A stretch of DNA of 60,573 bases, filler included, from 7 parts of 7 records of this genome joined end to end with filler, not necessarily neighbours in it, one strand, 5' to 3'. Positions 1 through 10,930 are shown, numbered from the whole stretch's first letter. Notes: generated by a model from the letters alone, not told the origin. Program-made: numbers and translations.

Positions 1-38
1 AGATAGGTCACAATATCAAATATAGTAATTCATCAAAC

Positions 39-605
39 TCACCAGGGTTCGTTCTTTACCCCGATGTAGTATCCAATAACGTTAGTCACAAAATGCAATA
101 GCGGCGTGAATAGCAGTACAGTAATTACAATACTGAAAGTGAAGTTGCCCAAAAACCATGCTGGCGAAGTAACAAGTGTCAGCATCCATGCACCCATGAC
201 AAAATCAAGCTGGTCAACACCAGGCATGGCAGCACCTCTCTTGTATCCGATCCTGCGTTTGACAAAACTCATAGACATATCACCCAGAAGTGAACCGAAA
301 GCAAGGGTGAATATCACAAGCATGGCACCTGATCCTTCACCAAAAGACGGTAGCTCAACGCCAAATATGCTGCTGCTCCTGCTAAGATAGTACATCTGCG
401 ACAGACCCAGTAGCATTCCGCACAGGGTTCCTGCAGCAAGCCCACGCCAGGTTTTTCCATCCCCCAGCATACGCCGCCCATCGGACATCGTCCTGCCGCC
501 ATCTATAGCAGGACCGCCACCAAAAACGGCAGCCATTGAATTAGGCAGATATGCAGGAAGCATAAGCCATACAGCAGTTATCAGTATCTCTATCGTAAGT
601 ATCAA
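39..605 (-). CDS. carS: CDP-archaeol synthase (CDP-2,3-bis-O-geranylgeranyl-sn-glycerol synthase, DUF46)
   Basis: Motifs PAYLPN...GGG.AIDGG...GDGKTWRG and GDMSMSFVKRR..YKRG...PGVDQLDF; hydrophobic membrane protein. Confidence 0.92.
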   Translation of the reverse strand: MILTIEILITAVWLMLPAYLPNSMAAVFGGGPAIDGGRTMSDGRRMLGDGKTWRGLAAGTLCGMLLGLSQMYYLSRSSSIFGVELPSFGEGSGAMLVIFTLAFGSLLGDMSMSFVKRRIGYKRGAAMPGVDQLDFVMGAWMLTLVTSPAWFLGNFTFSIVITVLLFTPLLHFVTNVIGYYIGVKNEPW

Positions 606-801
606 TCCTCTTTGGTAACTTTAGCAACTCATTCCTGCAATACTAGCAAACTATATTCTCAGCCGTTGCTCTGTCCTCATATACAACATCATTATTTAAT
701 ATATCGAAATACAGCGGATTAAATAAAAATGCATTGTATGAATATACTTTGCCTCCAAGTTTAACTATAAATATAGTGTATACATAGAATCTCAGTCTAT
801 A

Positions 802-1866
802 ATGAAAAATAAAATACCGCAACTGACAACAAGCAATACCATGCTTGCAACTGTTGTCACTTTTCTTCTGCTGGCAACTATAATTACAATGGGAATGCTG
901 ACCCCTCTTATCGCAAAGCTTACAACAGGGGTCGAGCTCAGCTTGGAAGCAGAGTACTTCAATAACAGAACAGCACTCCCTGTAGCGGCCCTCATGCTGC
1001 TTCTGAGTACATGTATGCTGGTCGGCTATGCAGAAAGAAAGTACATACTTCCAATAGTCGGAGCATCTGCGTTGGTATCCGTTATTTTTGCAGTGGTCTC
1101 GCCTTTTGGAAACACACCCATTGACATAACACTACCCATTCTTACCGTGACGCTGCTTGCAACTCTTTACAGGATAATCGGCATCTATGCGAAGAATAAG
1201 AATGCAGATACCCGTGCAAAGATAAGAAAGCTCAGCGCACATGTGATCCACATAGGGATCATACTCATCCTTCTCGGGATAGTCCTTAGTTCCAATATGA
1301 AGATCGAAGGTTCAGCAGTTATCGGAACAAATGAGATGACATCCTTTGAAGACCAGCATTACCAGCTTGTGGTCAATAGCATGAACTCATACTACAGCGG
1401 CGAGGCTTACCGCACATATCCGGGCTCATCCTACACCACCGAGGTTATTTTCGACATTTACAAGAACGGGAACTATTTCAAGAGTGGAAAGATCGACTAT
1501 ATCAGCGACTTCAAGTGGGGACAAACCTACACCACAACTTACATCAACCGCGGACTTACTGAGGAACTTTTCATCGCGCCAAGAGCCATCAGCGAATCTG
1601 ACGGTGAGATAGACCTGTACATGCGAACCGTACCCTTCATCAACTGTCTCTGGGGAGGCATGTACCTCATGGTAATAGGCATCATAGCCCTGTTGTTCAC
1701 AGACCGCAGACCGGTATTGGACTCAAAACCTGAATCCAAATCCAATAATGCAGGCCTACCCGGCAGAAGTAACAATGTCAATTCAAACGTTGACGAAAAA
1801 TATGACCGAATGCTCGAACAGGAAATAAAGAAGCGCATGGAAAAGAGGACAAAGGGCAGGAGATGA
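802..1866 (+). CDS. ccmF: Cytochrome c maturation CcmF, C-terminal-half protein
   Basis: Multi-TM protein with AHVIHIGI motif, soluble beta-rich domain and final PFINCLWGG helix, as in the CcmF C-terminal region; adjacent to the N-terminal half. Confidence 0.75.
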   Translation: MKNKIPQLTTSNTMLATVVTFLLLATIITMGMLTPLIAKLTTGVELSLEAEYFNNRTALPVAALMLLLSTCMLVGYAERKYILPIVGASALVSVIFAVVSPFGNTPIDITLPILTVTLLATLYRIIGIYAKNKNADTRAKIRKLSAHVIHIGIILILLGIVLSSNMKIEGSAVIGTNEMTSFEDQHYQLVVNSMNSYYSGEAYRTYPGSSYTTEVIFDIYKNGNYFKSGKIDYISDFKWGQTYTTTYINRGLTEELFIAPRAISESDGEIDLYMRTVPFINCLWGGMYLMVIGIIALLFTDRRPVLDSKPESKSNNAGLPGRSNNVNSNVDEKYDRMLEQEIKKRMEKRTKGRR

Positions 1867-1870
1867 TGGT

Positions 1871-2962
1871 TTGAACTTCGGTATGATACTCATATGGCTG
1901 GCCTTTATCTTCGGATGGGGAGCCACATTCTATTCAATTCGCTATATCACAGCAGCCGACCACAAGGCAAGGATACGCTCAAAGAAGTTCGAGATACTGT
2001 GTACCGCCAGCCTCACACTCTCGTCACTCATACTCCTGTTGCACCTGCTGACCGTGAACGCTTCCTATGAATACGTTTACAGCCACTCCAGCACAGACCT
2101 CTCGTGGTTCTACCGCATCTCAGCCTTCTGGGCAGGACAGGAAGGATCACTCCTGCTCTGGACATGGGCAACACTTGTCATGCTGATGCTTGTCCGCTAC
2201 ACCGGACAAACAAAGAAACTCGCTGAAACAAGGATGATGGATATCACTACTATGGTTACCATGGCAATTGTATCCGTGTTCCTGATACTCCTTGTCATCG
2301 ACAGCCCGTTCTCTACATTCCGTGTAATCTCAGGCAGCGTGGAACCAACCAACTGGAACCCCTTTTCTGCACTCTATGACGTGCCATACGGACAGGGAAT
2401 GAACCCGCTCCTGCGTAATCCATGGATGGCAGTCCACCCGCCTATACTGTTCCTAGGATATGCGGCTTTTACAATACCCTTTGCAGCAGCAATTGCCAAC
2501 CTTATCACAAAGGACGGGCGCTGGACAGTGGTGGCAAGGGACTGGATGAGAATGGCATGGCTCTTCCTGACACTGGGAATAGGACTTGGAGGATTCTGGG
2601 CATACGAGGTTCTCGGATGGGGAGCATGGTACTGGACATGGGATCCTGTGGAAACATCCTCACTGATACCATGGATAACTTCCACCGCTTACCTGCATGC
2701 ACAGACACGCAGCAGACATGGAGAATACGGATTTCTGGCACCACTGCTTGCAGTCTCCTCATTCGTATTGGTTATATTCGCAACCTTTGTCACACGGAGC
2801 GGAATATGGGCTTCCGTTCACTCATGGCAGGATTTCACAACAGAAGGAGCTGTTATTGCCATATTCCTCGTAATACTCACTGGAATTAGCATATTTCTGC
2901 TTGGAAAGAGATATCTGGAAGATGAGAAAGAGGATGATGGAAGGAATGCAGGTTCTACCTGA
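1871..2962 (+). CDS. ccmF: Cytochrome c maturation CcmF, N-terminal (WWD/heme-handling) half
   Basis: WAGQEGSLLLW, GMNPLL..PWMAVHPP, WAYEVLGWGAWYWTWDPVE (WWD motif), TRSG...SVHS. Confidence 0.92.
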   Translation: MNFGMILIWLAFIFGWGATFYSIRYITAADHKARIRSKKFEILCTASLTLSSLILLLHLLTVNASYEYVYSHSSTDLSWFYRISAFWAGQEGSLLLWTWATLVMLMLVRYTGQTKKLAETRMMDITTMVTMAIVSVFLILLVIDSPFSTFRVISGSVEPTNWNPFSALYDVPYGQGMNPLLRNPWMAVHPPILFLGYAAFTIPFAAAIANLITKDGRWTVVARDWMRMAWLFLTLGIGLGGFWAYEVLGWGAWYWTWDPVETSSLIPWITSTAYLHAQTRSRHGEYGFLAPLLAVSSFVLVIFATFVTRSGIWASVHSWQDFTTEGAVIAIFLVILTGISIFLLGKRYLEDEKEDDGRNAGST

Positions 2963-3003
2963 ACCTCCAACCTTTTTGTTTTTTAATTATTTATGATATA
3001 ATC

Positions 3004-3783
3004 CTATTCTTTCACTGCATACACATTCAGCCTTCTGAAATATTCGAAATATGTCCCATCCGGCTGAGCAGCTTTTCTTTTAGCTATTTCAACTACCATA
3101 TCCCTGAAAAGCTGTCTTCTATTCCCCTCAAGGTAAGGCATAAATGGAACAAGACCGGGCTGCTCAATCCACCCTACAAAAGAATCCTCGTCCGGGAAAT
3201 TGCGGTCGGCATCCTCCATCCAGACCCTTCGTTGTTCAAAGCCTGCTGATAAGAGTTGTTCCTCATATTCTGAGGTTCCCGGCATGTACCAGGGCCATTC
3301 CAAGGAACTGAATTCCTTTTCAAATTCAGAAGAGGATATAGCCTTCATGAGCACATCATACAGATTCTTGCAATTACCCTCCCCTGCGAACTGAACTCTC
3401 ATGAACCCACCTGTTCTGAGATTATCGTATATGGTTCTCAGGAGTTGGGAATGACCTTTGACCCAATGCAGGGCTGCATTAGAAAAAACCACATCGAACT
3501 TTTCCTCAGGGACCATGGTTTCCATATCCATCTGCATGAACTCCATGTTTTCAGCCCTGTGTTCTTCTGCCTGCTTCAGCATTGATGATGAACTGTCAAC
3601 TCCCATTACTTTCCCGTCAGGAACTCTCTCAGCCAGCTTCGCAGTGAGAAGACCATTGCCACAGCCCAGATCAAGTATATGTTCATCGCCATGAAGTTCA
3701 AGCTCATCCATTACCTTGCTGCCCCAGTCCCTCTGTGGCTGGGAAAACTTCTCGTACTTCTGACCGTCAAAACCCTTTTCCAT
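3004..3783 (-). CDS. Class I SAM-dependent methyltransferase (trans-aconitate methyltransferase-like)
   Basis: ILDLGCGNG, GVDSS..ML, FDVVFSNAALHWV. Confidence 0.85.
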   Translation of the reverse strand: MEKGFDGQKYEKFSQPQRDWGSKVMDELELHGDEHILDLGCGNGLLTAKLAERVPDGKVMGVDSSSSMLKQAEEHRAENMEFMQMDMETMVPEEKFDVVFSNAALHWVKGHSQLLRTIYDNLRTGGFMRVQFAGEGNCKNLYDVLMKAISSSEFEKEFSSLEWPWYMPGTSEYEEQLLSAGFEQRRVWMEDADRNFPDEDSFVGWIEQPGLVPFMPYLEGNRRQLFRDMVVEIAKRKAAQPDGTYFEYFRRLNVYAVKE

Positions 3784-3811
3784 TCATATCTACCTATATT
3801 TCATCAAGTAT

Positions 3812-4072
3812 TTACTCATCTATGAATTTTTCAGTCTTCAGCTTCCCATTTTCCTCGACCAGTATCTGAATCTTACTTTCAGCCTTTGATAGCTTCTGGT
3901 TGCATACACGGGCAAGCTTCATCCCGCGCTCGAAGAGCCCAAGACTTTCATCAAGAGTAAGCTGACCCCTTTCAAGCTTCTCTACAAGTGATTCCAGCTC
4001 CTCAAGGGAACCTTCGAAGCTGATATCTTCCAATATTTTAAGATCTTCTGAACCATTTATTTCTTCTTCCAT
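3812..4072 (-). CDS. xseB: Exodeoxyribonuclease VII small subunit (start moved to ATG 4072)
   Basis: SFEGSLEELESLVEKLERGQLTLDESLGLFERGMKL...KL..AE.KI; AAGGAG SD before ATG 4072; directly after xseA. Confidence 0.92.
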   Translation of the reverse strand: MEEEINGSEDLKILEDISFEGSLEELESLVEKLERGQLTLDESLGLFERGMKLARVCNQKLSKAESKIQILVEENGKLKTEKFIDE

Positions 4073-4076
4073 AAGT

Positions 4077-5309
4077 TCAACTCCTTTTCTCTCCGGTGTC
4101 CTCGGCCTTCCCACCCTCATATCTGACACCTGTGACCCTGCACTCCACAGTACCATCAATGACCCTGACATCCAGAGGATCATCCGTATCAACATCACCT
4201 ATATTCCTTACAACACTGTGATCCCTACTTCTCAAGGCAATACTATAACCCCTTTCGAGCGTGTTCAACGGACTCACAGCATTCAAACGACCTGCAAGCC
4301 CTGAAAGGGACGATGCCTTTGAATCCATGACCTTTCTAAGTCCGAACTCCATTCTGGAACTCAGTTCATCCACTCTCTGCATGTCACGCCGGACGATCTC
4401 AGCGAACCTTTCGGGTTCGATCCTTGCTGAAAGGTTCTCAAGTTGCCGCCTCTTATCAGAGACCAGATGTATTGCAGCCTGCTCCATACGTGAGGATAGG
4501 GACAACACATGCTTTTTCAAATCCGACCTCTCAGACACAGCTATCTCCGCAGCTGCCGATGGTGTCGGAGCCCTCACATCAGCCACAAAGTCTGCAATGG
4601 TGTAATCGGTCTCATGCCCCACAGCAGATATTATCGGCACCTTTGAATCAAATATTGCCCTGGCAACGACCTCCTCATTAAACGACCAGAGGTCCTCAAG
4701 AGAGCCACCGCCCCTACCAACGATCATCACATCCACATCCATCTTGTTAAGGTGCTCTATGGCCCTGACAATGCTCTCAGCAGAGCTCTCACCCTGTACC
4801 AGTGCAGGACTCAGCAGTACATCCACAGGGAACCTGCGTTTAATCACATGAAGTATGTCATGTATCGCCGCACCTGTTGGAGATGTAACAACACCCACCT
4901 TTGCAGGATAACGTGGAATCCTTTTCTTGTGGACCACTTCGAACAGACCTTCTTCATGCAACCTGTTCCTGAGCTGTTCATATGCCTTGTACAGTTCACC
5001 GATACCATCAGGTCGCATATCAAGAACCCGTAGCTGATACTGGCCGCGAACTGCGTAAACATCCACGGTCCCGAATACAAGCACCTTCATGGAAACCTCA
5101 GGGTCAAACTTGAGAGTCCTGTTCGTCATCCTGAAGCTCACACAACTTATCTGGGCACCCTTGTCCTTCAGAGTGAAATAATAATGGCCGGAGCTATGTT
5201 TGGTCAGGTTCGATATCTCACCACGTACCCACACCTGTCCAAGACGGGGATCGTTTGTCAGAACCTGTTTGATATAGTCATTCAATTGTGAAACGGTGTA
5301 TATGCCCAT
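4077..5309 (-). CDS. xseA: Exodeoxyribonuclease VII large subunit
   Basis: OB fold VWVRGEISN...SGHYYFTLKD; VVTSPTGAAIHD, GRGGGSLEDLWSFN, SAVGHETD, RAPTPSAAAE. Confidence 0.97.
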   Translation of the reverse strand: MGIYTVSQLNDYIKQVLTNDPRLGQVWVRGEISNLTKHSSGHYYFTLKDKGAQISCVSFRMTNRTLKFDPEVSMKVLVFGTVDVYAVRGQYQLRVLDMRPDGIGELYKAYEQLRNRLHEEGLFEVVHKKRIPRYPAKVGVVTSPTGAAIHDILHVIKRRFPVDVLLSPALVQGESSAESIVRAIEHLNKMDVDVMIVGRGGGSLEDLWSFNEEVVARAIFDSKVPIISAVGHETDYTIADFVADVRAPTPSAAAEIAVSERSDLKKHVLSLSSRMEQAAIHLVSDKRRQLENLSARIEPERFAEIVRRDMQRVDELSSRMEFGLRKVMDSKASSLSGLAGRLNAVSPLNTLERGYSIALRSRDHSVVRNIGDVDTDDPLDVRVIDGTVECRVTGVRYEGGKAEDTGEKRS

Positions 5310-5532
5310 GCAGTACCTCCGGCCTTTGAAGTAAATTATGCTTTGAGAGTATAAAATCCAGAGGGGAGTTATGTGAAAGTATTATATTAACGGTTCTTGC
5401 CAGCCGGGGAAAAATCAAATACCGCAAGTGTAGCAAAACAGTCTTAATTAAATTTGAATTATAGATTTATTTCGAAAAGCTTTAATAGATTCTTTTGGTT
5501 TTTTGTAAAAACCTGCAAGGTGGGGTAAAAAC

Positions 5533-8130
5533 GTGAAAAACGAAAAAACGAAGGCAGACTTGCTCTCGCATAGTTCTGCTACCATAGATATCAAAACTGT
5601 TGATGTCGCTCACTATCAACAAATGCAAAGTATCCTTTCAGAAGAGAAAATGATGGATCTTGTTGATACCGGAGCAATAACTGTAAACAGGGAAAAAACA
5701 AAAGAATTAATTGACAAGGTTCTTCTTTGTGTTTCTTCACTCTCGGGAAAGAAAAAAGAGACTGAAGAGCTTTGCCCTTACAAATTAAAGGTTTCAAAGA
5801 AAAACAGGAATATCAATATTGACTGCAGGGAATGCGACCATGAGTCCAGCTTTGAAGATGAACAATGCAGGAAGAACATTTTTACTATTATTCAAAAAGA
5901 ACCTGTAGCCGACAGGATAACCCTGTCAAATCTTTATGAAAGAGATTATGAAGGCAGGTCGCTTGAGCTTATTTATCTGATGGCAGGTCTGAAAGACAAG
6001 CTTCTCCCATATAAAAATTCAAAGTCCGTAAGAGACGCATGTGACAATGCTGCAGGATGCAGAGAAGAACATGCGAAGATAATGGACACAATAATTGAAA
6101 CTTCGCAGTCTGATCCACTGAAAACCTGCTATGCAATCGGAAAGCTCATTGAACACAGCAAAAACTATGACAAAACACTGGACCAGGCCAAAGAGTTTCA
6201 GGATGAAGAACCTTGCGAATGTGAACTCTGCAAAGACAGATTTACAAACACCCTGCGAGAAATGAGCCTGATTTCCGGCAAGATAATAACAGAAACATAC
6301 TCTGGAAGATCAAGCAGCAGCGTAACCCTGTCTGGAGATGAATCTCCTGAAGAGGGGAACATGGACTATGAAAAACATCTAAAGTCCTATGTCAGACCTC
6401 CTTTCTCAACATCAAGGATCTACACAGAACCTCCTGACAACACTATTTTCCTTGAATGCTATGACATCAGCTACCAGGATGAAAGACGCCTTCCTGTGAG
6501 TATCTACCAGCTAACAGACCGACCGGAGATTATGTACATTATCAACCCTGAGGAATACTCTCTTGAAGAGGGGGAACTCAAACTGGTGGAAAAAGTCAGG
6601 AAAAAGATGATCATGCACCGGCCTGTAGACCTGCATTTTGCAGATCCTGCAAACTCAAGGGAATACTTCCGCAGGCTAAGCAAGCAACTTTTACTTGAGG
6701 AAGAAGATGCGGATGATATCATCTCTGACCCTGCAAAAGTAAAACTTTGCTGCGACCTGCTCACCAAATATACAACCGGACTGGGCATACTTGAAGACCT
6801 GATGTCCGATGAACGTGTAACTGATATCTATGTGAATGCACCTGCAGACCTTAATCCGGTGCACGTAGTGCTGGACGGAGAGGAGTGTATTACCAACATA
6901 TTCCTGTCCCAGGAAGACATGGAATCCATGGTCTCAAGATTACGTTCCATAAGCGGTCGCCCCTTTGGAGAAGCAACACCTGTGCTTGAAATGTTCCTCC
7001 GCGAGTACGGCGTGCGTGTCTCGGTCATCGGCGACCCCCTGAGTGCAAAGGGAATTGCCTACGCTTTCAGGAAACACGCAAAAGATCCATGGTCACTGCC
7101 AAAGCTTATCAATAACGGTTCGATCTCCCCGCTTACAGCAGGGCTTCTGAGTTTTATCATGGACGGGCAGGCTTCAATTCTTGTAGCCGGTGGTGTTGGT
7201 GCCGGTAAAACCTCACTTATGAGTGCCATGCTCCTTGAAATACCCCAGAAGTATCGTATGATAACCATAGAAGACACCTCCGAGATACCCATTGAAGAAC
7301 TGCAGGAAATGGGCTGGAAGGTACAGGGCCTTAACTCACAGTCTGCCATCATGAAATACGGCGTGGAGATCGAACCCTCTGTGGCACTCAGGGCATCCCT
7401 GAGACTGGGAAGCTCTTCACTCATCATGGGCGAGGTAAGGGGTCCTGAAGTAGCCGTGCTCTATGAAGCTATGCAGGTAGGAGCAGCCGGTAACTCAGTC
7501 ATTGGAACAATACACGGTTCGTCCACGGATGCGGTCTATGAAAGAATAGTAAATACACTGAAAGTCCCACCGGCATCTTTCAAAGCAACTGATGCGGTGA
7601 TCGTCTGTGCAAACACAAGAATCTCAGGAAGCATGACGATGAAAAGACGTGTTATGCAGGTTGCAGAGGTCAATGAAAAATGGGAAGAGGATTCTGGCAA
7701 GGTATTCTCTGACATACTTAGCTACGACGCGTCACAGGACTGCCTGGTTCCTTCGGACATCATGGACAGGGGACAATCCATACTGATCGGTAAGATCGCT
7801 GACAAATGGGGAATTTCCATGGATGAAGCTTCCAGGAATATACGTCTTCGGGCAGATATCAAGACAAAGATAGCAGAGTATGGTAAAGTGGATAAAAGCC
7901 TGCTTGAAGCGAAAAACGTTGCTATTGCCAATAACATGTTCTGGCTACTTATGGACAGGGAAATCACTGAAACCGATGGTACTAATTACAGGAGAGTTTA
8001 CGACAGGTGGCTTGAATGGTTTGAGGAATTTGCAGGGAAAAATCCGGCAGATGGTCTTCTGAAAATTGAAGCCAAACCAGGCACAGACCAAAACACAAAT
8101 TGCATCTGTGACGGTGGTCAGACTGTATAA
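5533..8130 (+). CDS. Type II/IV secretion-pilus assembly ATPase (TadA/VirB11/FlaI family) with Cys-rich N-terminal extension
   Basis: Walker A GGVGAGKT, Asp box TIEDT, Walker B LIMGEVRG, His box GTIHG. Confidence 0.9.
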   Translation: MKNEKTKADLLSHSSATIDIKTVDVAHYQQMQSILSEEKMMDLVDTGAITVNREKTKELIDKVLLCVSSLSGKKKETEELCPYKLKVSKKNRNINIDCRECDHESSFEDEQCRKNIFTIIQKEPVADRITLSNLYERDYEGRSLELIYLMAGLKDKLLPYKNSKSVRDACDNAAGCREEHAKIMDTIIETSQSDPLKTCYAIGKLIEHSKNYDKTLDQAKEFQDEEPCECELCKDRFTNTLREMSLISGKIITETYSGRSSSSVTLSGDESPEEGNMDYEKHLKSYVRPPFSTSRIYTEPPDNTIFLECYDISYQDERRLPVSIYQLTDRPEIMYIINPEEYSLEEGELKLVEKVRKKMIMHRPVDLHFADPANSREYFRRLSKQLLLEEEDADDIISDPAKVKLCCDLLTKYTTGLGILEDLMSDERVTDIYVNAPADLNPVHVVLDGEECITNIFLSQEDMESMVSRLRSISGRPFGEATPVLEMFLREYGVRVSVIGDPLSAKGIAYAFRKHAKDPWSLPKLINNGSISPLTAGLLSFIMDGQASILVAGGVGAGKTSLMSAMLLEIPQKYRMITIEDTSEIPIEELQEMGWKVQGLNSQSAIMKYGVEIEPSVALRASLRLGSSSLIMGEVRGPEVAVLYEAMQVGAAGNSVIGTIHGSSTDAVYERIVNTLKVPPASFKATDAVIVCANTRISGSMTMKRRVMQVAEVNEKWEEDSGKVFSDILSYDASQDCLVPSDIMDRGQSILIGKIADKWGISMDEASRNIRLRADIKTKIAEYGKVDKSLLEAKNVAIANNMFWLLMDREITETDGTNYRRVYDRWLEWFEEFAGKNPADGLLKIEAKPGTDQNTNCICDGGQTV

Positions 8131-10060
8131 TGAGAACTGGTACTACAATAGCTGCAAATTTATTTCTGCTAATTTCAGGTGGCTTATAAAAGACTTTGAG
8201 GCATTCCGCCTGAAAGCTGAAAAATCCACCAGTCAGGAATATCATGATGCACTGACCTACACCGGCTTTGTCCTTGAGCCTCATGAAACAGTGCTATTCT
8301 CCTATGTAGCTGCTGCCATTGCCCTGGCAGGCATGCTGATACTTGATGTACTCATCTTTAGCATATCAAGCTTTGAGCAGTCCACAATACTGGCTGTAGC
8401 AGTAACAAGCCTCTTGCTACCACTGGCTGTACTGTTCTACATAAGTGAATACATCAAGATACATGCAAAGTGGATGAAGGTAAATTCCCTGGGAGATATG
8501 CCGGAAATTATAAGCTATATCGTAATGTCCATGAAACTTGTTCCGAACATGGAAGTTGCAATTCGCTTTGCAGCCAGCAACTCAGGCAGACCCCTGGCAA
8601 AAGACCTGAAAAAAATGATATGGAACCTGCATGTCAGGGAATACAAGGGAATTGATGATGCAATACTTGAATTCTCAAATCTCTGGGGAAAAGAAAGTGA
8701 ATTCTTCAAAAGGGCTCTCCACCTGATTAAGAGTTCAACAAGCGAACCGGATGAAGCACAGCGGGTAATCACCCTTAACCGCTCACTTGACCTTGTACTT
8801 GAAAGTACAAGGGAACTTATGGATAGCTTTGCCTCAAAACTGAAGACTCCAACGTATGTCCTCTACTCAATATTCATCCTGATCCCCCTTGCACTGGTGG
8901 CACTGATGCCTGCAATAACAGTCGTAGGAATCAAGTTTGGCACAGGCACACTCATAATCATTTATGATGTTGTCCTCCCGTTTCTGACATTCGCATATGC
9001 AGAATACATACTGATGCAGCGCCCTGCAGCATTCATACCCCAGGACATTCCTGAAAGCCATCCTGAACTTACAGGCATCAGAAAAAGAAAGCAAATGTCC
9101 CTGCTCCTATCAGCATCAATTGGTATATTCATATCATCACTTGGATACATTTTGCTGTACCTTGGAAACCCCATGCATATCGTATCAACGGCAACCCTTG
9201 ACGGAATTGTTCCCCCTACATTGTTTATAATCTGGGGAATTGTCTTTGCAATTGCCGCTTACCTGAATATAAGCTACACCCCTTACAAGAAGATCAGGGA
9301 TGAGATACGCAAGATGGAAAACGAGTATTCAGATGCCCTTTTTGTTCTCGGGAGGAGAATATCAGAAGGAAGGTCTGCAGAAGAGGCTTTCATCCATACC
9401 GCAAGGACCATGGAAGGATCGGACATAGCAACTGCCCTTGAAAGAATATCACTTAACCTCATGAACATGAGGACAGATATTCATTCCGCGATATTTGATG
9501 AGGATTTCGGAGCGTTTAAGGACATCTATTCTGAAAGAATAAAGACTACAATGCTCCTGCTCGTTGAAAGTGTAAACAAGAGCCATGCTGTTGCAGGTGT
9601 TGCCATTGTCAAGCTTGCTGACCACTTAAAAGAACTCCAGGATGTGGAAACAAAGATCAAGCAGTCACTCTATGATATGACATCCACCATGCGTACAACC
9701 GCCGCAGTATTCGCACCGCTTATAGCAGGTGTGACAATTGCTCTCTCAGAAGTTATTGCAAAGATACTCCAGAACATAGCAGACAGTATAAAGCGTCTGC
9801 CTGAGAATGCTTTACCCGGTCCGGCACAAATCTCTCCGGAGAATCTCAGCCAGTCCATTCCATCTGACATTTTCATGTTTGCCATTGGGATATACATAAT
9901 TCTTATCACAGTGATACTCATTCGCTTCTCAGGCACCATAGAATATGGAGGAGATAAAGCACAGCTCAGGTATGATATAGGCCATATATTGCCGGTTACA
10001 ATCATAGTTTTCACAATTTCCACGATATTCTCAAGGATTATCTTCAGGGGAATGATATGA
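8066..10060 (+). CDS. TadB/TadC (T2SSF/FlaJ-like) membrane platform protein; true start probably near 8108-8123
   Basis: Two cytoplasmic T2SSF-like domains separated by TM pairs; overlaps the end of the ATPase gene. Confidence 0.75.
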   Translation: MKPNQAQTKTQIASVTVVRLYNENWYYNSCKFISANFRWLIKDFEAFRLKAEKSTSQEYHDALTYTGFVLEPHETVLFSYVAAAIALAGMLILDVLIFSISSFEQSTILAVAVTSLLLPLAVLFYISEYIKIHAKWMKVNSLGDMPEIISYIVMSMKLVPNMEVAIRFAASNSGRPLAKDLKKMIWNLHVREYKGIDDAILEFSNLWGKESEFFKRALHLIKSSTSEPDEAQRVITLNRSLDLVLESTRELMDSFASKLKTPTYVLYSIFILIPLALVALMPAITVVGIKFGTGTLIIIYDVVLPFLTFAYAEYILMQRPAAFIPQDIPESHPELTGIRKRKQMSLLLSASIGIFISSLGYILLYLGNPMHIVSTATLDGIVPPTLFIIWGIVFAIAAYLNISYTPYKKIRDEIRKMENEYSDALFVLGRRISEGRSAEEAFIHTARTMEGSDIATALERISLNLMNMRTDIHSAIFDEDFGAFKDIYSERIKTTMLLLVESVNKSHAVAGVAIVKLADHLKELQDVETKIKQSLYDMTSTMRTTAAVFAPLIAGVTIALSEVIAKILQNIADSIKRLPENALPGPAQISPENLSQSIPSDIFMFAIGIYIILITVILIRFSGTIEYGGDKAQLRYDIGHILPVTIIVFTISTIFSRIIFRGMI

Positions 10061-10131
10061 AAAGATATCATCCGCAAGATTAAAACTTCCTTGCGTCCCT
10101 TTGTTAGAATTATAGTTATAGAGGTGATTCT

Positions 10132-10692
10132 ATGAAAATATCCATGGGAGCAAAGACCCTGGCCTACCCAAGCCCCGCCTGGCTTGTCGGGACCTATGAC
10201 ATGTTCGGAAAAGCAAATGCAATGACGGCAGCCTGGGGAGGGATCTGCTGTTCTGACCCACCCTGTGTAAGCGTATCCCTGCGTAAGGCAACCTACAGTT
10301 ATGCCAACATAATGGAAAAGGAAACTTTCACCATAAGCATACCTTCAGAGGAATACGTCAAGGAAACTGATTACTTTGGTATTGCAAGTGGGAAAGATAC
10401 AGACAAGTTCGAGAAGATGGGACTCACAGCTGTCAAAAGTGATCTGGTATACGCCCCATACGTTGAAGAATTCCCTGTTGTCCTTGAATGCAAACTTATA
10501 CACAGTTTTGAGCTTGGGCTGCACACACAGTTCATTGGAGAGATTGTGGATGTCAAGGCAGAAGAAGCAGTACTTGATGGAAAAGGGAATCCTGATATTA
10601 AGAAGATAAAACCCATTATATATTCACCGCAGAGAACTTACTACGGTGTCGGAAAAGAGTTGGGAAAGGCATTCTCCATTGGAAAGGAATGA
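10132..10692 (+). CDS. Flavin reductase-like protein (flavoredoxin)
   Basis: [54 protein letters not shown]. Confidence 0.9.
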   Translation: MKISMGAKTLAYPSPAWLVGTYDMFGKANAMTAAWGGICCSDPPCVSVSLRKATYSYANIMEKETFTISIPSEEYVKETDYFGIASGKDTDKFEKMGLTAVKSDLVYAPYVEEFPVVLECKLIHSFELGLHTQFIGEIVDVKAEEAVLDGKGNPDIKKIKPIIYSPQRTYYGVGKELGKAFSIGKE

Positions 10693-10744
10693 ATGGAAAA
10701 TTAAAATATAAAAAACAGGAGCTTATTGCCGACAGGGTTACTGG

Positions 10745-10930
10745 TTATTCCATGTATACCAGAGCCTTGTTAGGACATATTTTCACGCATTTCATACAAA
10801 GACCACACTTTGAATGATCCACATTCACAAATCCATCTATCCTGTAGAGCGCTTCATTTGGACAGACGTTTTCGCATCTGCCGCATTTTCTGCATCCTAT
10901 GACTGCGATAAAACCTTCACACTCTTCCAT
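10745..10930 (-). CDS. 2x[4Fe-4S] ferredoxin
   Basis: CRKCGRCENVCP and CGLCMKCVKICP. Confidence 0.9.
   Translation of the reverse strand: MEECEGFIAVIGCRKCGRCENVCPNEALYRIDGFVNVDHSKCGLCMKCVKICPNKALVYME

Noticed and set aside
2985-3006. Pyrrolysine readthrough at the TAG of the methanogen methyltransferase
   Set aside because: The domain is complete at the TAG and a TAA follows within a few codons.
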